64,000 bases of DNA from Actinomycetes bacterium (GCA_024276495.1 JAJRXC010000073.1:18360-82359); one strand, 5' to 3'; counted from the first letter of the stretch, positions 39,327 through 47,262 are shown. Numbers and translations: made by a program. The notes: generated by a model from the letters alone, not told the origin.

Positions 39327-40444
39327 GCGCTCTGGTTCCCGGACGGATGACGAAGCTGGTCGAGCGGTGCCGCCGGGAGGTGGAGGAAGGCCGGGTCCCG
39401 GGGTGTCAGGTGGCGATCGGATTCGAGGGCGAGATCGTGCTGTTCGAGGCGTTCGGCGATCTGACGACCGACCATCGTCTCCACACCTACTCGGCGGTGA
39501 AACCGACGGTGAGCCTCACCGTGCTCGAGCTCGCGGCCGACGGTCTGCTCGACCTCGATGCGCCGGTCGCCGCGGTCCTGCCCGGGTTCGCGACCAACGG
39601 CAAGGACACGATCACCATCTCCCAGGTGTTGTTGCACGCCGGCGGATTCCCCCACGCGCCGATCGGAATCGCCGAGTTCGCCGATCGTCCGGCCCGACTG
39701 GCCCGCTACGAGAGATGGCGCACGACATGGGAGCCCGGTTCGGCGTTCGAGTACCACGCCTCGGCCGGTCATTGGGTCCTGGCAGACTGCATCACCGAGG
39801 TGACCGGTCGCCCCCACGGCGACGTGGTCACCGAGCGGGTCATGACCCCGGCGGGCTGCTCGCGCTGGCTCGCGATCCCCGAGGACGAGCAGGACGACAT
39901 CGCCGAGGTCGTGAGCGTCGGGGAGGCGCCGGATCTCGATGCCCTCGCCCGCCAGTTCGGGATCGACGAGCTGCCGTTCTCCGAGGTCACCGACGACGCG
40001 CTGCTCGCCTTCAACGATCCCGGGATCCGCGCCGCCGGCCATCCCGGCGGCGGAGGGATCGCCTCGGCGGCCGAGATGGCGCAGTGGTACCAGGCCGTCA
40101 TGCACGACGACGGCACCATGCTCCGCCCCGCGGTCAAGATCGACGCCCTTCGAGTGGTTCGCCAGAACCACCCCGACTGGTTGGGGGTACCCGCCAATCG
40201 CACCCACGTGTTCACCATCGGTGGAGACGACGGCCAGGCCCTGATGCGGGGTTACGGTCACACGACCGGGCCCGACACGTTCGGCCACGGCGGGGCGAAG
40301 GGTCAGCGGGCGTGGGCCGATCCCGCAACGGGGATCTCGTTGGGGTTCATGACCCACGGGCTCGACCGTGACGATCTCGTCACGGCCCGGCGCGGGGCCG
40401 GCATCTCGTCGGCTGCGGGGGCGCTCACCACGCCGCTCGACTGA
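39323..40444 (+). CDS. beta-lactamase-fold serine hydrolase
   Basis: ATG 39323 overlaps the mftF stop (ATGA). SxxK motif YSAVKP. Class-C/esterase-like body. 373 aa. Confidence 0.85.
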   Translation: MSALVPGRMTKLVERCRREVEEGRVPGCQVAIGFEGEIVLFEAFGDLTTDHRLHTYSAVKPTVSLTVLELAADGLLDLDAPVAAVLPGFATNGKDTITISQVLLHAGGFPHAPIGIAEFADRPARLARYERWRTTWEPGSAFEYHASAGHWVLADCITEVTGRPHGDVVTERVMTPAGCSRWLAIPEDEQDDIAEVVSVGEAPDLDALARQFGIDELPFSEVTDDALLAFNDPGIRAAGHPGGGGIASAAEMAQWYQAVMHDDGTMLRPAVKIDALRVVRQNHPDWLGVPANRTHVFTIGGDDGQALMRGYGHTTGPDTFGHGGAKGQRAWADPATGISLGFMTHGLDRDDLVTARRGAGISSAAGALTTPLD

Positions 40445-40451
40445 TCGGCGC

Positions 40452-41219
40452 TTAGCGGCCGCGGTCGGCGAGATAGCGGGCGGCGACGTCGCGGCTCTCC
40501 CCGTCTTGCATCGCGACGACGAACAGGTCGGCGTCGGACCACGCACCGGTGGTGGGGACGAGCGCTTCGGTTGCCTCGTCGACCGCGTCCAGGGTCGCCC
40601 GGAGGGTGTAGGTCGACTTGGCCGCGAGCGACTCGGCCAACGCATCCACCTCCTCGACGAGGGACTCGTCGTCCACGACTCGGCTGAGGACGCCGAGCGC
40701 GTGCGCGTCGGACGCGGTGAACGCACGACATGACAACACGAGGTCCCGGGTGAACGCCGGTCCGATCTCGCGGACCATCCGCGGGATCCCTCCCCAGGTG
40801 AGCGGGATCCCGAGGTCGACCTCGGGGATCGAGAAGTTGGTCGATCGGGCCGCGATCCGCAGGTCGCAGGCCATGGCGAGAAGGATCGCGCCACCGATGC
40901 AGTGGCCGTGGACCGCGGCGATGGTCACGGCCTTCATCCCTTCGATCGCCTCGACCATCACCCGTCCGGCGTCGGCGCCGGCTCGGGGAGGCCGGTCGCC
41001 GGGTTCGGTGAAGCCGCGGAGGTCGGCCCCCGCGGAGAAGGCCCGGCCGGCCCCGGAGACGATCACGACCCGGACGTCGGGTTGGGCGTCGAACCAGGCC
41101 GCCGCGGCCGCGAGCTCGTCGAGGCATCGGGTGGAGAGGGGGTTGAGCTTGTCGGGCCGGTCGAGGGTCAGACGACCGACGCGACCGGAGATGGTGGTGG
41201 TGAGGGTGGTTGCCTGCAT
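40452..41219 (-). CDS. enoyl-CoA hydratase/isomerase family protein
   Basis: LTLDRPDKLNPL and VSGAGRAFSAGADLRGF. ATG 41219 (MQATTL) is preferred. Confidence 0.85.
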   Translation of the reverse strand: MQATTLTTTISGRVGRLTLDRPDKLNPLSTRCLDELAAAAAWFDAQPDVRVVIVSGAGRAFSAGADLRGFTEPGDRPPRAGADAGRVMVEAIEGMKAVTIAAVHGHCIGGAILLAMACDLRIAARSTNFSIPEVDLGIPLTWGGIPRMVREIGPAFTRDLVLSCRAFTASDAHALGVLSRVVDDESLVEEVDALAESLAAKSTYTLRATLDAVDEATEALVPTTGAWSDADLFVVAMQDGESRDVAARYLADRGR

Positions 41220-41333
41220 GACGCGACGATGCCACGCCCGAGGGCGTGGCACCGAAGCATGCGACCGGCGAGTCGCGGCTCGCCACCACCGACCCCGGTC
41301 GGGGGTCGGAGATCCATGGCGGACGAAGGTCCG

Positions 41334-42674
41334 TCAGGCGACGTGGATGGTCGTCTGTTCGTCGAGGGTCACGTCGGCGTCGGACGACGGATCGTCGGCC
41401 GATGTGGGTTCGAGGATGGAGAGGTCGCCGGTGATCGCTTCGACCCGGGCCCATTCGGTCACGTCGGCGTCTTCGGTGAGGAACACGATCTGTTGTGTCT
41501 CGCTCGAGCGGACCAGCATCTCGAGAACGGGGGCCTTGAGCTCGGTGTCGAGACCGTTGAGGGAGTCGTCGAGGATCAGGGGAAGGTTCTCGCCGGCCGG
41601 ACCGATCCCTCGCACGTCTTCGAGGCGTTGGACGAGGGCGTGGGCGATCGCCGCGACCTCGTCGTTCTCGGTGTCGATCGCGAGGGGACCGGCGTGCATG
41701 GCATCGACGTTCTTGGCCCGCTGGGCCGCCTCCTCGATCTCGGCGCGGTGTTCTTCGGCCCATTCGACGATGATCTCGCCGGCGACCGCGAACCAGTCGG
41801 ACATCGCGGCTTCGTGGTCGGCGGCTGCCTGCATCAGGCGTTGGCGGGCGGCCTGGCTGTCGAGGAGTCCGTTGACCCGCTGGAGATGGAACCCGAGGTA
41901 GGACTGGGCGCCGGCTTCGGCGAGGGCCATCTCCTCGGCCTTGCGAGCCCGTTCCATGCGCTGGTTCTGGATGAAGGACAAAGCGGTGACGACGGCGGCG
42001 ACGATCACGAGGACCATGGCCAGGGGCTGACTGACCCACATCACTGCCGGGACGGCGAGCAGCGCCGCCGACGCTCCGACGAAGAACGAGACCTTGCGGA
42101 AGATCTCGGCGCGGTTCTGGGCGTCTTCGAAGATCTCGTGGCGTTCTTCGATGCGAGCCACGACCGCGGCGTCCTCGGGTGCGGAGCCGCTGGCGTCCGC
42201 TTCGTCGTCGAGCCGTTTCTGGGCGGCTCTGACCCTGTCGGCCAACTCCCAGAGCATCTTCGGTTCGACGCCGGCGAGGCGACGGATGATCTGGTCGTGG
42301 TGGGTGCTGGTCGTCAGGTCGCTGGAGGTGAGGCGGAGGCGGCGCTTGGCCGATCGGGTGTCGAGCCCCGCGACGCCGAGGAGGTCGATGTTGCCGTCCT
42401 CGTCGGCGAAGCGGGCGCTCACGTCGGCCGACGCTTCGACGTCGATGACGCGGGCTCGGGCCCCGTGGGGGCGAAAGACGGCGAACCGGTTGCCGTTGTC
42501 CGCGACGATCTCGGCGTGCACTCCGGCCCGACTGGAGCTCAGTGAGCCGACGAGCTCGGTGATGAGCCCCTCGCGCTCGAGGCGTCCGACACCGCCGATC
42601 ACGGTGAGACGGGGATGGAATTCCAACGAGAAGGTGTTCTCGTCGGCCTCGATGACAAGCCGGTCGAATCGCAT
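41334..42674 (-). CDS. SMC/RecF-like fold protein with central double-TM hairpin and apparently degenerate P-loop (hypothetical)
   Basis: N-terminus MRFDRLVIEADENTFSLEFHPRLTVIGGVGRLEREG resembles SMC-type heads but lacks GKS/T. Coiled-coil-like stretches flank two TM helices (VSFFVGASAALLAVPAVMWVSQPLAMVLVIVAAVVTALSFI). C-terminal Walker-B-like LPLILDDSLNGLD. GAAGGA RBS before ATG 42674. Confidence 0.6.
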   Translation of the reverse strand: MRFDRLVIEADENTFSLEFHPRLTVIGGVGRLEREGLITELVGSLSSSRAGVHAEIVADNGNRFAVFRPHGARARVIDVEASADVSARFADEDGNIDLLGVAGLDTRSAKRRLRLTSSDLTTSTHHDQIIRRLAGVEPKMLWELADRVRAAQKRLDDEADASGSAPEDAAVVARIEERHEIFEDAQNRAEIFRKVSFFVGASAALLAVPAVMWVSQPLAMVLVIVAAVVTALSFIQNQRMERARKAEEMALAEAGAQSYLGFHLQRVNGLLDSQAARQRLMQAAADHEAAMSDWFAVAGEIIVEWAEEHRAEIEEAAQRAKNVDAMHAGPLAIDTENDEVAAIAHALVQRLEDVRGIGPAGENLPLILDDSLNGLDTELKAPVLEMLVRSSETQQIVFLTEDADVTEWARVEAITGDLSILEPTSADDPSSDADVTLDEQTTIHVA

Positions 42675-42731
42675 GTGTTCCTTCTCGGCCGTCGGGTGGC
42701 CCGACTTGAGCCGAACGGCCCAATTCATGGT

Positions 42732-42826
42732 GCACGCGCACCAGAGGAGGCAGGGCACGCGCACCAGAGGAGGCAGGGCACGCGCACCAGAGGAGGCAGG
42801 GCGTGCGCACCAGAGGGAGCAGGGCG
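42732..42826. repeat. 23-bp direct tandem repeat, 4 copies (cgcgcaccagaggaggcagggca)
   Basis: Copies start at 42735, 42758, 42781 and 42804. The first two are identical, the third differs only in its last base, and the fourth matches at 19 of 23 positions. The period is not a multiple of 3. Lies 60-150 nt upstream of the 41334..42674 gene. Confidence 0.9.
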
Positions 42827-42929
42827 AGTGGCCCATGGAACGTGACGGGGAGAGAAGCGGGTTGGAGGACGCCTTCCGCCGTGGCATCATTGCCGACGCT
42901 TCGCGTGTCGCTTCCGGCTCGGGATGCAG

Positions 42930-43002
42930 GCTCCCTTAGCTCAGTCGGTAGAGCGCCTCCATGGTAAGGAGGAGGTCGTCAGTTCAATTCTGACAGGGAG
43001 CT
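42930..43002 (+). tRNA. tRNA-Thr (GGT)
   Basis: 73-nt cloverleaf. Acceptor GCTCCCT/AGGGAGC, anticodon loop ATGGTAA, T-loop TTCAATT. CCA is encoded at 43003-43005. Confidence 0.92.
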
Positions 43003-43030
43003 CCACGGACCGGTTCGCCGGCCCGAGGTT

Positions 43031-43104
43031 GGCGACGTAGCTCAGCTGGTGAGAGCGCTCGACTCATAATCGAGAGGTCGACAGTTCGACTCTGTCCGTC
43101 GCTA
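43031..43104 (+). tRNA. tRNA-Met (CAT), elongator type
   Basis: 74-nt cloverleaf. Acceptor GGCGACG/CGTCGCT, anticodon loop CTCATAA. The anticodon stem lacks the GGG/CCC of initiator tRNA. Confidence 0.9.
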
Positions 43105-43166
43105 CAGATCATCCCGCGGCCGCGTTGTTCGGGTCCGCGGCGCAATTGTCCGAGGAACCCGACAAG

Positions 43167-43823
43167 ATGGCCGATGTGACCGCTGCTCCCCGCCGTCTCC
43201 GGATCGTCACGAATCCGTCACGTAACCCCGATGGTGTTCACGGGTCCAACCTCTCGGACGCCACCATGGACGAGCTCGTCTTGCGTGCGGTGGCCGGCGA
43301 GCGTGAGGCGTTCGACGAGATTGTGCGCCGGACTCATCGAGATGCGTTCGGGTTGGCGCTCCGCCTGACCAGCGATGAGGAGGATGCGCGAGACGTGGTG
43401 CAAGAGGCCTACCTCCGTGCGTATCGCAGCCTCGATCGATTCCGCGGCGACGCCCAGTTCGGCACGTGGCTGTACCGCATCGTGGCGAACTGTGCCTCGA
43501 CCGCCACAGGGAAACGGCGCCGTCACCGTCACGAGGAGCTTCCCGACGAATCGACGTTCGCCGAGACGCGGCCGGATCACGACCCGTCCCTCCACGCCGA
43601 CGTGGTCGATCTTCGTGATCAACTCGACGGCGCGATCCGCGACCTGCCCCCCCGGCTCCGGTCCGTGATCGTGCTGCGCGACGTGTACGACCTTCCTCAC
43701 GACGCGATCGCCGAGGAGCTCGGCATCACCGTCAGCGCGGCGAAGGTCCGTCTTCATCGGGCCCGGCGCCGCCTTCGTGAACGGGTCTTTCCTCTGCCCG
43801 GAGAGGAGCTCCATGCGATCTGA
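43167..43823 (+). CDS. ECF (sigma-70 family) RNA polymerase sigma factor
   Basis: Region 2 (DARDVVQEAYLRAYRSLDRFRGDAQFGTWLYRIVAN) and region 4 (LPPRLRSVIVLRDVYDLPHDAIAEELGITVSAAKVRLHRARRRL). GAGGAA before ATG 43167. Confidence 0.85.
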   Translation: MADVTAAPRRLRIVTNPSRNPDGVHGSNLSDATMDELVLRAVAGEREAFDEIVRRTHRDAFGLALRLTSDEEDARDVVQEAYLRAYRSLDRFRGDAQFGTWLYRIVANCASTATGKRRRHRHEELPDESTFAETRPDHDPSLHADVVDLRDQLDGAIRDLPPRLRSVIVLRDVYDLPHDAIAEELGITVSAAKVRLHRARRRLRERVFPLPGEELHAI

Positions 43824-44178
43824 GACGCCGACGCCCACTCCGTTGACGTGTGTCGACCTTCTCGACGAGTTGGCTGCCGACCCCGATGCCGTGCTCGCGG
43901 CACCGGCCCGCGTCCATGTCGCCGAGTGTCTGCGCTGTCAGGCGGAGATGGCGAACTATCGACGGCTGCGTCGATCGCTGCGGGCGTTGGCCGGCACCCC
44001 GGTGGCGGTCGATCCCACACTCGAACACGACATCCAACTCGTCCTCGATGCGCACGACGGCCGGTTGAGCCGCCGAGTGCCCGGCTACGCCGCGGCCACC
44101 CTCGGTGGTCTCGCCGCGGCCGCGGGCGTGATCGTGCTGGCCACCCGGCAACGTCGCGGTGCCCGGCTCGCCGGTTGA
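43813..44178 (+). CDS. putative anti-sigma factor (zf-HC2-like, single C-terminal TM)
   Basis: Overlaps the sigma gene by 11 nt with GGAG before ATG 43813. HVAECLRCQ motif and C-terminal helix ATLGGLAAAAGVIVLA. Confidence 0.7.
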   Translation: MRSETPTPTPLTCVDLLDELAADPDAVLAAPARVHVAECLRCQAEMANYRRLRRSLRALAGTPVAVDPTLEHDIQLVLDAHDGRLSRRVPGYAAATLGGLAAAAGVIVLATRQRRGARLAG

Positions 44179-44250
44179 GTCGGGTCCGTTGCCCAGGCCG
44201 CGCGAAGGCAGGTATTCCGATGCTCAGTGATATCGTTGACCACCGTTCTC

Positions 44251-44323
44251 AGGGGCGTGGCTCAATTGGTAGAGCACCGGTCTCCAAAACCGGCGGTTGC
44301 AGGTTCGAGTCCTGCCGCCCCTG
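44251..44323 (+). tRNA. tRNA-Trp (CCA)
   Basis: 73-nt cloverleaf. Acceptor AGGGGCG/CGCCCCT, anticodon loop CTCCAAA, T-loop TTCGAGT. Confidence 0.92.
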
Positions 44324-44374
44324 CATGACGGCGCCGTCGAATGGCGGAACCGCCGAAGATCCAAGGATGAGCTC

Positions 44375-44674
44375 ATGTCGATGAACCGACAACAAAAGCG
44401 CATGATGCAAAAGCAGGGCGACATCGACGCCGACGGCGAACCGGTACGCGCCCGACGTCAGCAGCCGTCGTCGGCGCCACCCCAGGAACGCACGAGCCCC
44501 GGCCAGTTCCTGCGCGAGGTGCGCGGGGAGTTGCGCAAGGTCGCCTGGCCGTCGCGACCGGAGACCGTCAACTACTCGATCGTCGTCCTTCTCACCATCG
44601 TCGTGGTCGGCGCGCTGATCTACGGCCTCGACTGGTTGTTCTCGACCTTCATCCTCGACCTGTTCGAGAACTGA
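44375..44674 (+). CDS. secE: preprotein translocase subunit SecE
   Basis: FLREVRGELRKVAWPSRPETVNYSIVVLLTIVVVGALIYGLD is the SecE signature. Sits in the conserved tRNA-Trp-secE-nusG position. The track start 44297 overlaps the tRNA. Confidence 0.88.
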   Translation: MSMNRQQKRMMQKQGDIDADGEPVRARRQQPSSAPPQERTSPGQFLREVRGELRKVAWPSRPETVNYSIVVLLTIVVVGALIYGLDWLFSTFILDLFEN

Positions 44675-44680
44675 CCCGAA

Positions 44681-45484
44681 ATGACGGAAGACATCCAGAT
44701 GAACGACGAACCCACCTCCGACGCTCCCGACAACGGCGAGGAGGCTGCGGACGCGGTCGTCGCGGAGGCCGAGGAGATCGTGGCCGAGGCGGCCGCCCCC
44801 GTCGGTACCGGACTGGCCAACGAGTGGACCGGCGCCGATGCCGAGCCGACCCCGCCGGTCGCCGACACCGTCCTCGACGAGGACGAGCTGCTCGCCGATG
44901 ACGAGGAGGATGAGGTCGAGCCCTACGTCAGTCCGTACGACCGGCCCGGGCGCTGGTTCGTGCTCCACACCCAGTCGGGCTACGAGAAGAAGGTCAAGCA
45001 GAACCTCGAGGCCCGCATCGCGTCGATGAACATGGAGGAGCGGATCTACGAGGTGGTCATTCCCACCCGCGAGATCCCCGAGTTCAAGAACGGCAAGAAG
45101 GTGATGACCGAGAAGAAGCTCTTCCCCGGGTATCTCCTCTGTCGCACCTCGCTCGACGACGACGCCTGGTACGTCATCCGCAACACGCCCGGGGTCACGG
45201 GTTTCGTGAACCAGGGCGGCACGCCGTCGCCGATGCGGCGCAAGGACGTCGAGAACTTCCTCGGCATCGAGGCCGACCGTACGCAGGAGGCGACCAAGAA
45301 GTCGAAGCCTATGTTCGAGTACGACATGGGCGAGACGGTGCGGGTCAAGGAAGGCCCGTTCGCCGATTTCTCCGGCGAGATCATCGAGATCAACGAGGAC
45401 CAGCTCAAGGTGAAGGTGCTCGTCAACATCTTCGGCCGCGAGACCCCCGTCGAGCTCGAGTTCGCCCAGGTCGCCCGCCTGTAG
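44681..45484 (+). CDS. nusG: transcription termination/antitermination factor NusG
   Basis: NGN ([14 protein letters not shown]) and KOW ([19 protein letters not shown]) domains. Acidic N-terminal extension typical of actinobacteria. Confidence 0.95.
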   Translation: MTEDIQMNDEPTSDAPDNGEEAADAVVAEAEEIVAEAAAPVGTGLANEWTGADAEPTPPVADTVLDEDELLADDEEDEVEPYVSPYDRPGRWFVLHTQSGYEKKVKQNLEARIASMNMEERIYEVVIPTREIPEFKNGKKVMTEKKLFPGYLLCRTSLDDDAWYVIRNTPGVTGFVNQGGTPSPMRRKDVENFLGIEADRTQEATKKSKPMFEYDMGETVRVKEGPFADFSGEIIEINEDQLKVKVLVNIFGRETPVELEFAQVARL

Positions 45485-45582
45485 ACACCGGGAGCGTTCA
45501 CGACGATCAACGCCGTCCGCGGGTTGGCGCGCGGGCATTGTCGGTCCAGACTGAACAGTCCACTTTTTCAAGGAAATCCGTC

Positions 45583-46011
45583 ATGGCCAAGAAGCAGGTT
45601 GCTGCTGTCGTAAGAATCCAGATCCCTGCCGGCCAGGCTTCGCCTGCGCCGCCGGTGGGCACCGCGCTCGGCCCCCACGGCGTGGCGATCATGGACTTCT
45701 GCAAGGACTACAACGCTCGCACCGAGGACAAGCGGGGCCAGGTCGTTCCGGCCGAGATCACGATCTACGAGGATCGTTCGTTCTCGTTCATCCTGAAGAC
45801 CCCACCGACCGCGTTCTTGATCAAGCAGGCGGCCGGTCTCGACCTCGCCGCGAACAACCCGGGTCGGGAGACCGCGGGTTCGATCACCGATGCGCAGGTC
45901 ACCGAGATCGCCGAGGTCAAGATGCCCGACCTCAACGCCATCGACATCGACGGGGCGAAGCTCCAGGTGGCCGGCACCGCCCGTTCGATGGGGATCGACG
46001 TCGTCGGCTGA
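45583..46011 (+). CDS. rplK: 50S ribosomal protein L11
   Basis: [34 protein letters not shown]... AAGGAA RBS. Confidence 0.96.
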   Translation: MAKKQVAAVVRIQIPAGQASPAPPVGTALGPHGVAIMDFCKDYNARTEDKRGQVVPAEITIYEDRSFSFILKTPPTAFLIKQAAGLDLAANNPGRETAGSITDAQVTEIAEVKMPDLNAIDIDGAKLQVAGTARSMGIDVVG

Positions 46012-46108
46012 GCCGACGAGGTTCGACACGACACGTTCACGGCTGAGACGCAGCCACCTGCTCGTACCGGATCACCTCGCCGGGCGGCAGTACACAGAGG
46101 GAGCCGTC

Positions 46109-46813
46109 ATGGCGCAAGGCAAGCAGTACAAGGACAACAGCCAGAAGTACGATCGGGATCGGTTGCACTCCGACGAGGAGGCCATCGCCATCCTGAAGTC
46201 GTTGGGCACGAAGAACTTCGACGAGACCGTCGACCTCGTGGTGTGCCTCGGGGTCGATCCCCGCAAGGCCGACCAGATGATCCGTGCCACCGTCGCCTTG
46301 CCGTCGGGCACCGGCAAGGACGTGCGCATCGCGGTGTTCGCCCAGGGCGAAGCCGCGACCGCGGCCCGCGACGCCGGTGCGGACTTCGTCGGTGGCGACG
46401 AGCTGGCGGCCGAGGTCGAGAAGGGCATGACCGACTTCGACCTGGCCATCGCCACCCCCGACATGATGCCCACGGTCGGCAAGTTGGGCCGGGTGCTCGG
46501 TCCCCGTGGCCTGATGCCCAACCCGAAGACCGGCACGGTCACCCCGGACGTCGCCAAGGCCATCGAGGAGTTCAAGGGCGGCAAGGTCGAGTATCGCACG
46601 GACCGTTTCGCCAACGTCCACGTGCCGATCGGCAAGGCGTCGTTCGACGAGGCGGCGCTGCTGGCCAACCTGCGGGCCGTTGTCACCGAGCTCGACCGGG
46701 TGCGGCCGGCGTCGGCCAAGGGTCAGTACATGAAGAAGGTCGTGATCAGCACCACGATGGGTCCCGGCATCCGTGTCGATCCGGCCAAGATCGCCGCCGG
46801 TGTTCACGACTGA
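46109..46813 (+). CDS. rplA: 50S ribosomal protein L1
   Basis: NFDETVDLVVCLGVDPRKADQMIRATVALPSGTGK... GAGGGAG RBS before ATG 46109. Confidence 0.96.
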   Translation: MAQGKQYKDNSQKYDRDRLHSDEEAIAILKSLGTKNFDETVDLVVCLGVDPRKADQMIRATVALPSGTGKDVRIAVFAQGEAATAARDAGADFVGGDELAAEVEKGMTDFDLAIATPDMMPTVGKLGRVLGPRGLMPNPKTGTVTPDVAKAIEEFKGGKVEYRTDRFANVHVPIGKASFDEAALLANLRAVVTELDRVRPASAKGQYMKKVVISTTMGPGIRVDPAKIAAGVHD

Positions 46814-46821
46814 GTCGAGCG

Positions 46822-46849
46822 TGGACTTTTCGTGTCGGCCCTCTAGCCT
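46822..46849 (+). promoter_or_regulatory. candidate sigma-A promoter for the rplJL leader (TGGACT-N16-TAGCCT)
   Basis: A -35-like TGGACT at 46822-46827 and a TAnnnT -10 at 46844-46849. The predicted TSS falls at the 15-bp AT-rich repeats. Confidence 0.35.
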
Positions 46850-46855
46850 GATCGG

Positions 46856-46885
46856 GAAGTAGCAACACAAGAAGTAGCAACACAA
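46856..46885. repeat. 15-bp direct repeat x2 (gaagtagcaacacaa), locally AT-rich
   Basis: Two perfect adjacent copies in the rplA-rplJ intergenic region. Confidence 0.8.
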
Positions 46886-47047
46886 GAGATCTGTTCACCG
46901 AAGACCTCCGGTGCGCTCCGTGCGAGCACCAATGGGCGTGAAGTCGCCCGCCGGACGAGGAGAGCTTCCTGATCGCCTCTCGGGGCATGTCTGGGCGTTC
47001 ACCGATTCGGTGGGCGTCCAGTTTCGATTTTGGACGATGCCGGTTTC

Positions 47048-47248
47048 GGCTGATGTCCACGGATCCGGCCCGCCGTGGCCGGAAAGGAACACTCGGCTCC
47101 GGCTGATGTTCATGGATCCGGCCCGTCGTGGCCGGAAAGGAACACTCGGCTCCGGCTGATGTTCATGGATCCGGCCCGTCGTGGCCGGAAAGGAACACTC
47201 GGCTCCGGCTGATGTTCATGGATCCGGCCCGCCGTGGCCGGAAAGGAA
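47048..47248. repeat. 53-bp tandem repeat, about 3.8 copies, ending at the rplJ Shine-Dalgarno
   Basis: Copies start at 47048, 47101, 47154 and 47207. Copies 2 and 3 are identical, copy 1 has 3 mismatches, and copy 4 has 1 mismatch before it diverges into AGGGAGGTGAGGAC-ATG. Each copy has the hairpin TCCGGCC-cgtcgt-GGCCGGA. Confidence 0.95.
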
Positions 47249-47262
47249 AGGGAGGTGAGGAC

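Noticed and set aside
42732-42826. Possible CRISPR array (also considered for 47048-47248).
   Set aside because: The repeats are directly abutting tandem copies with no unique spacers, and there are no cas genes in the window.
42827-44330. Integrated mobile element or prophage at the tRNA-Thr/Met/Trp genes.
   Set aside because: There is no integrase, no tRNA 3'-end direct repeat and no compositional shift visible. The content is a sigma/anti-sigma pair only.
47128-47262. N-terminal extension of rplJ through the 53-bp repeats (track ORF 47128-47982).
   Set aside because: The repeat period is not a multiple of 3, so the extension is frame-scrambled repeat sequence. A strong GGGAGG RBS precedes ATG 47263, which gives the conserved L10 N-terminus.
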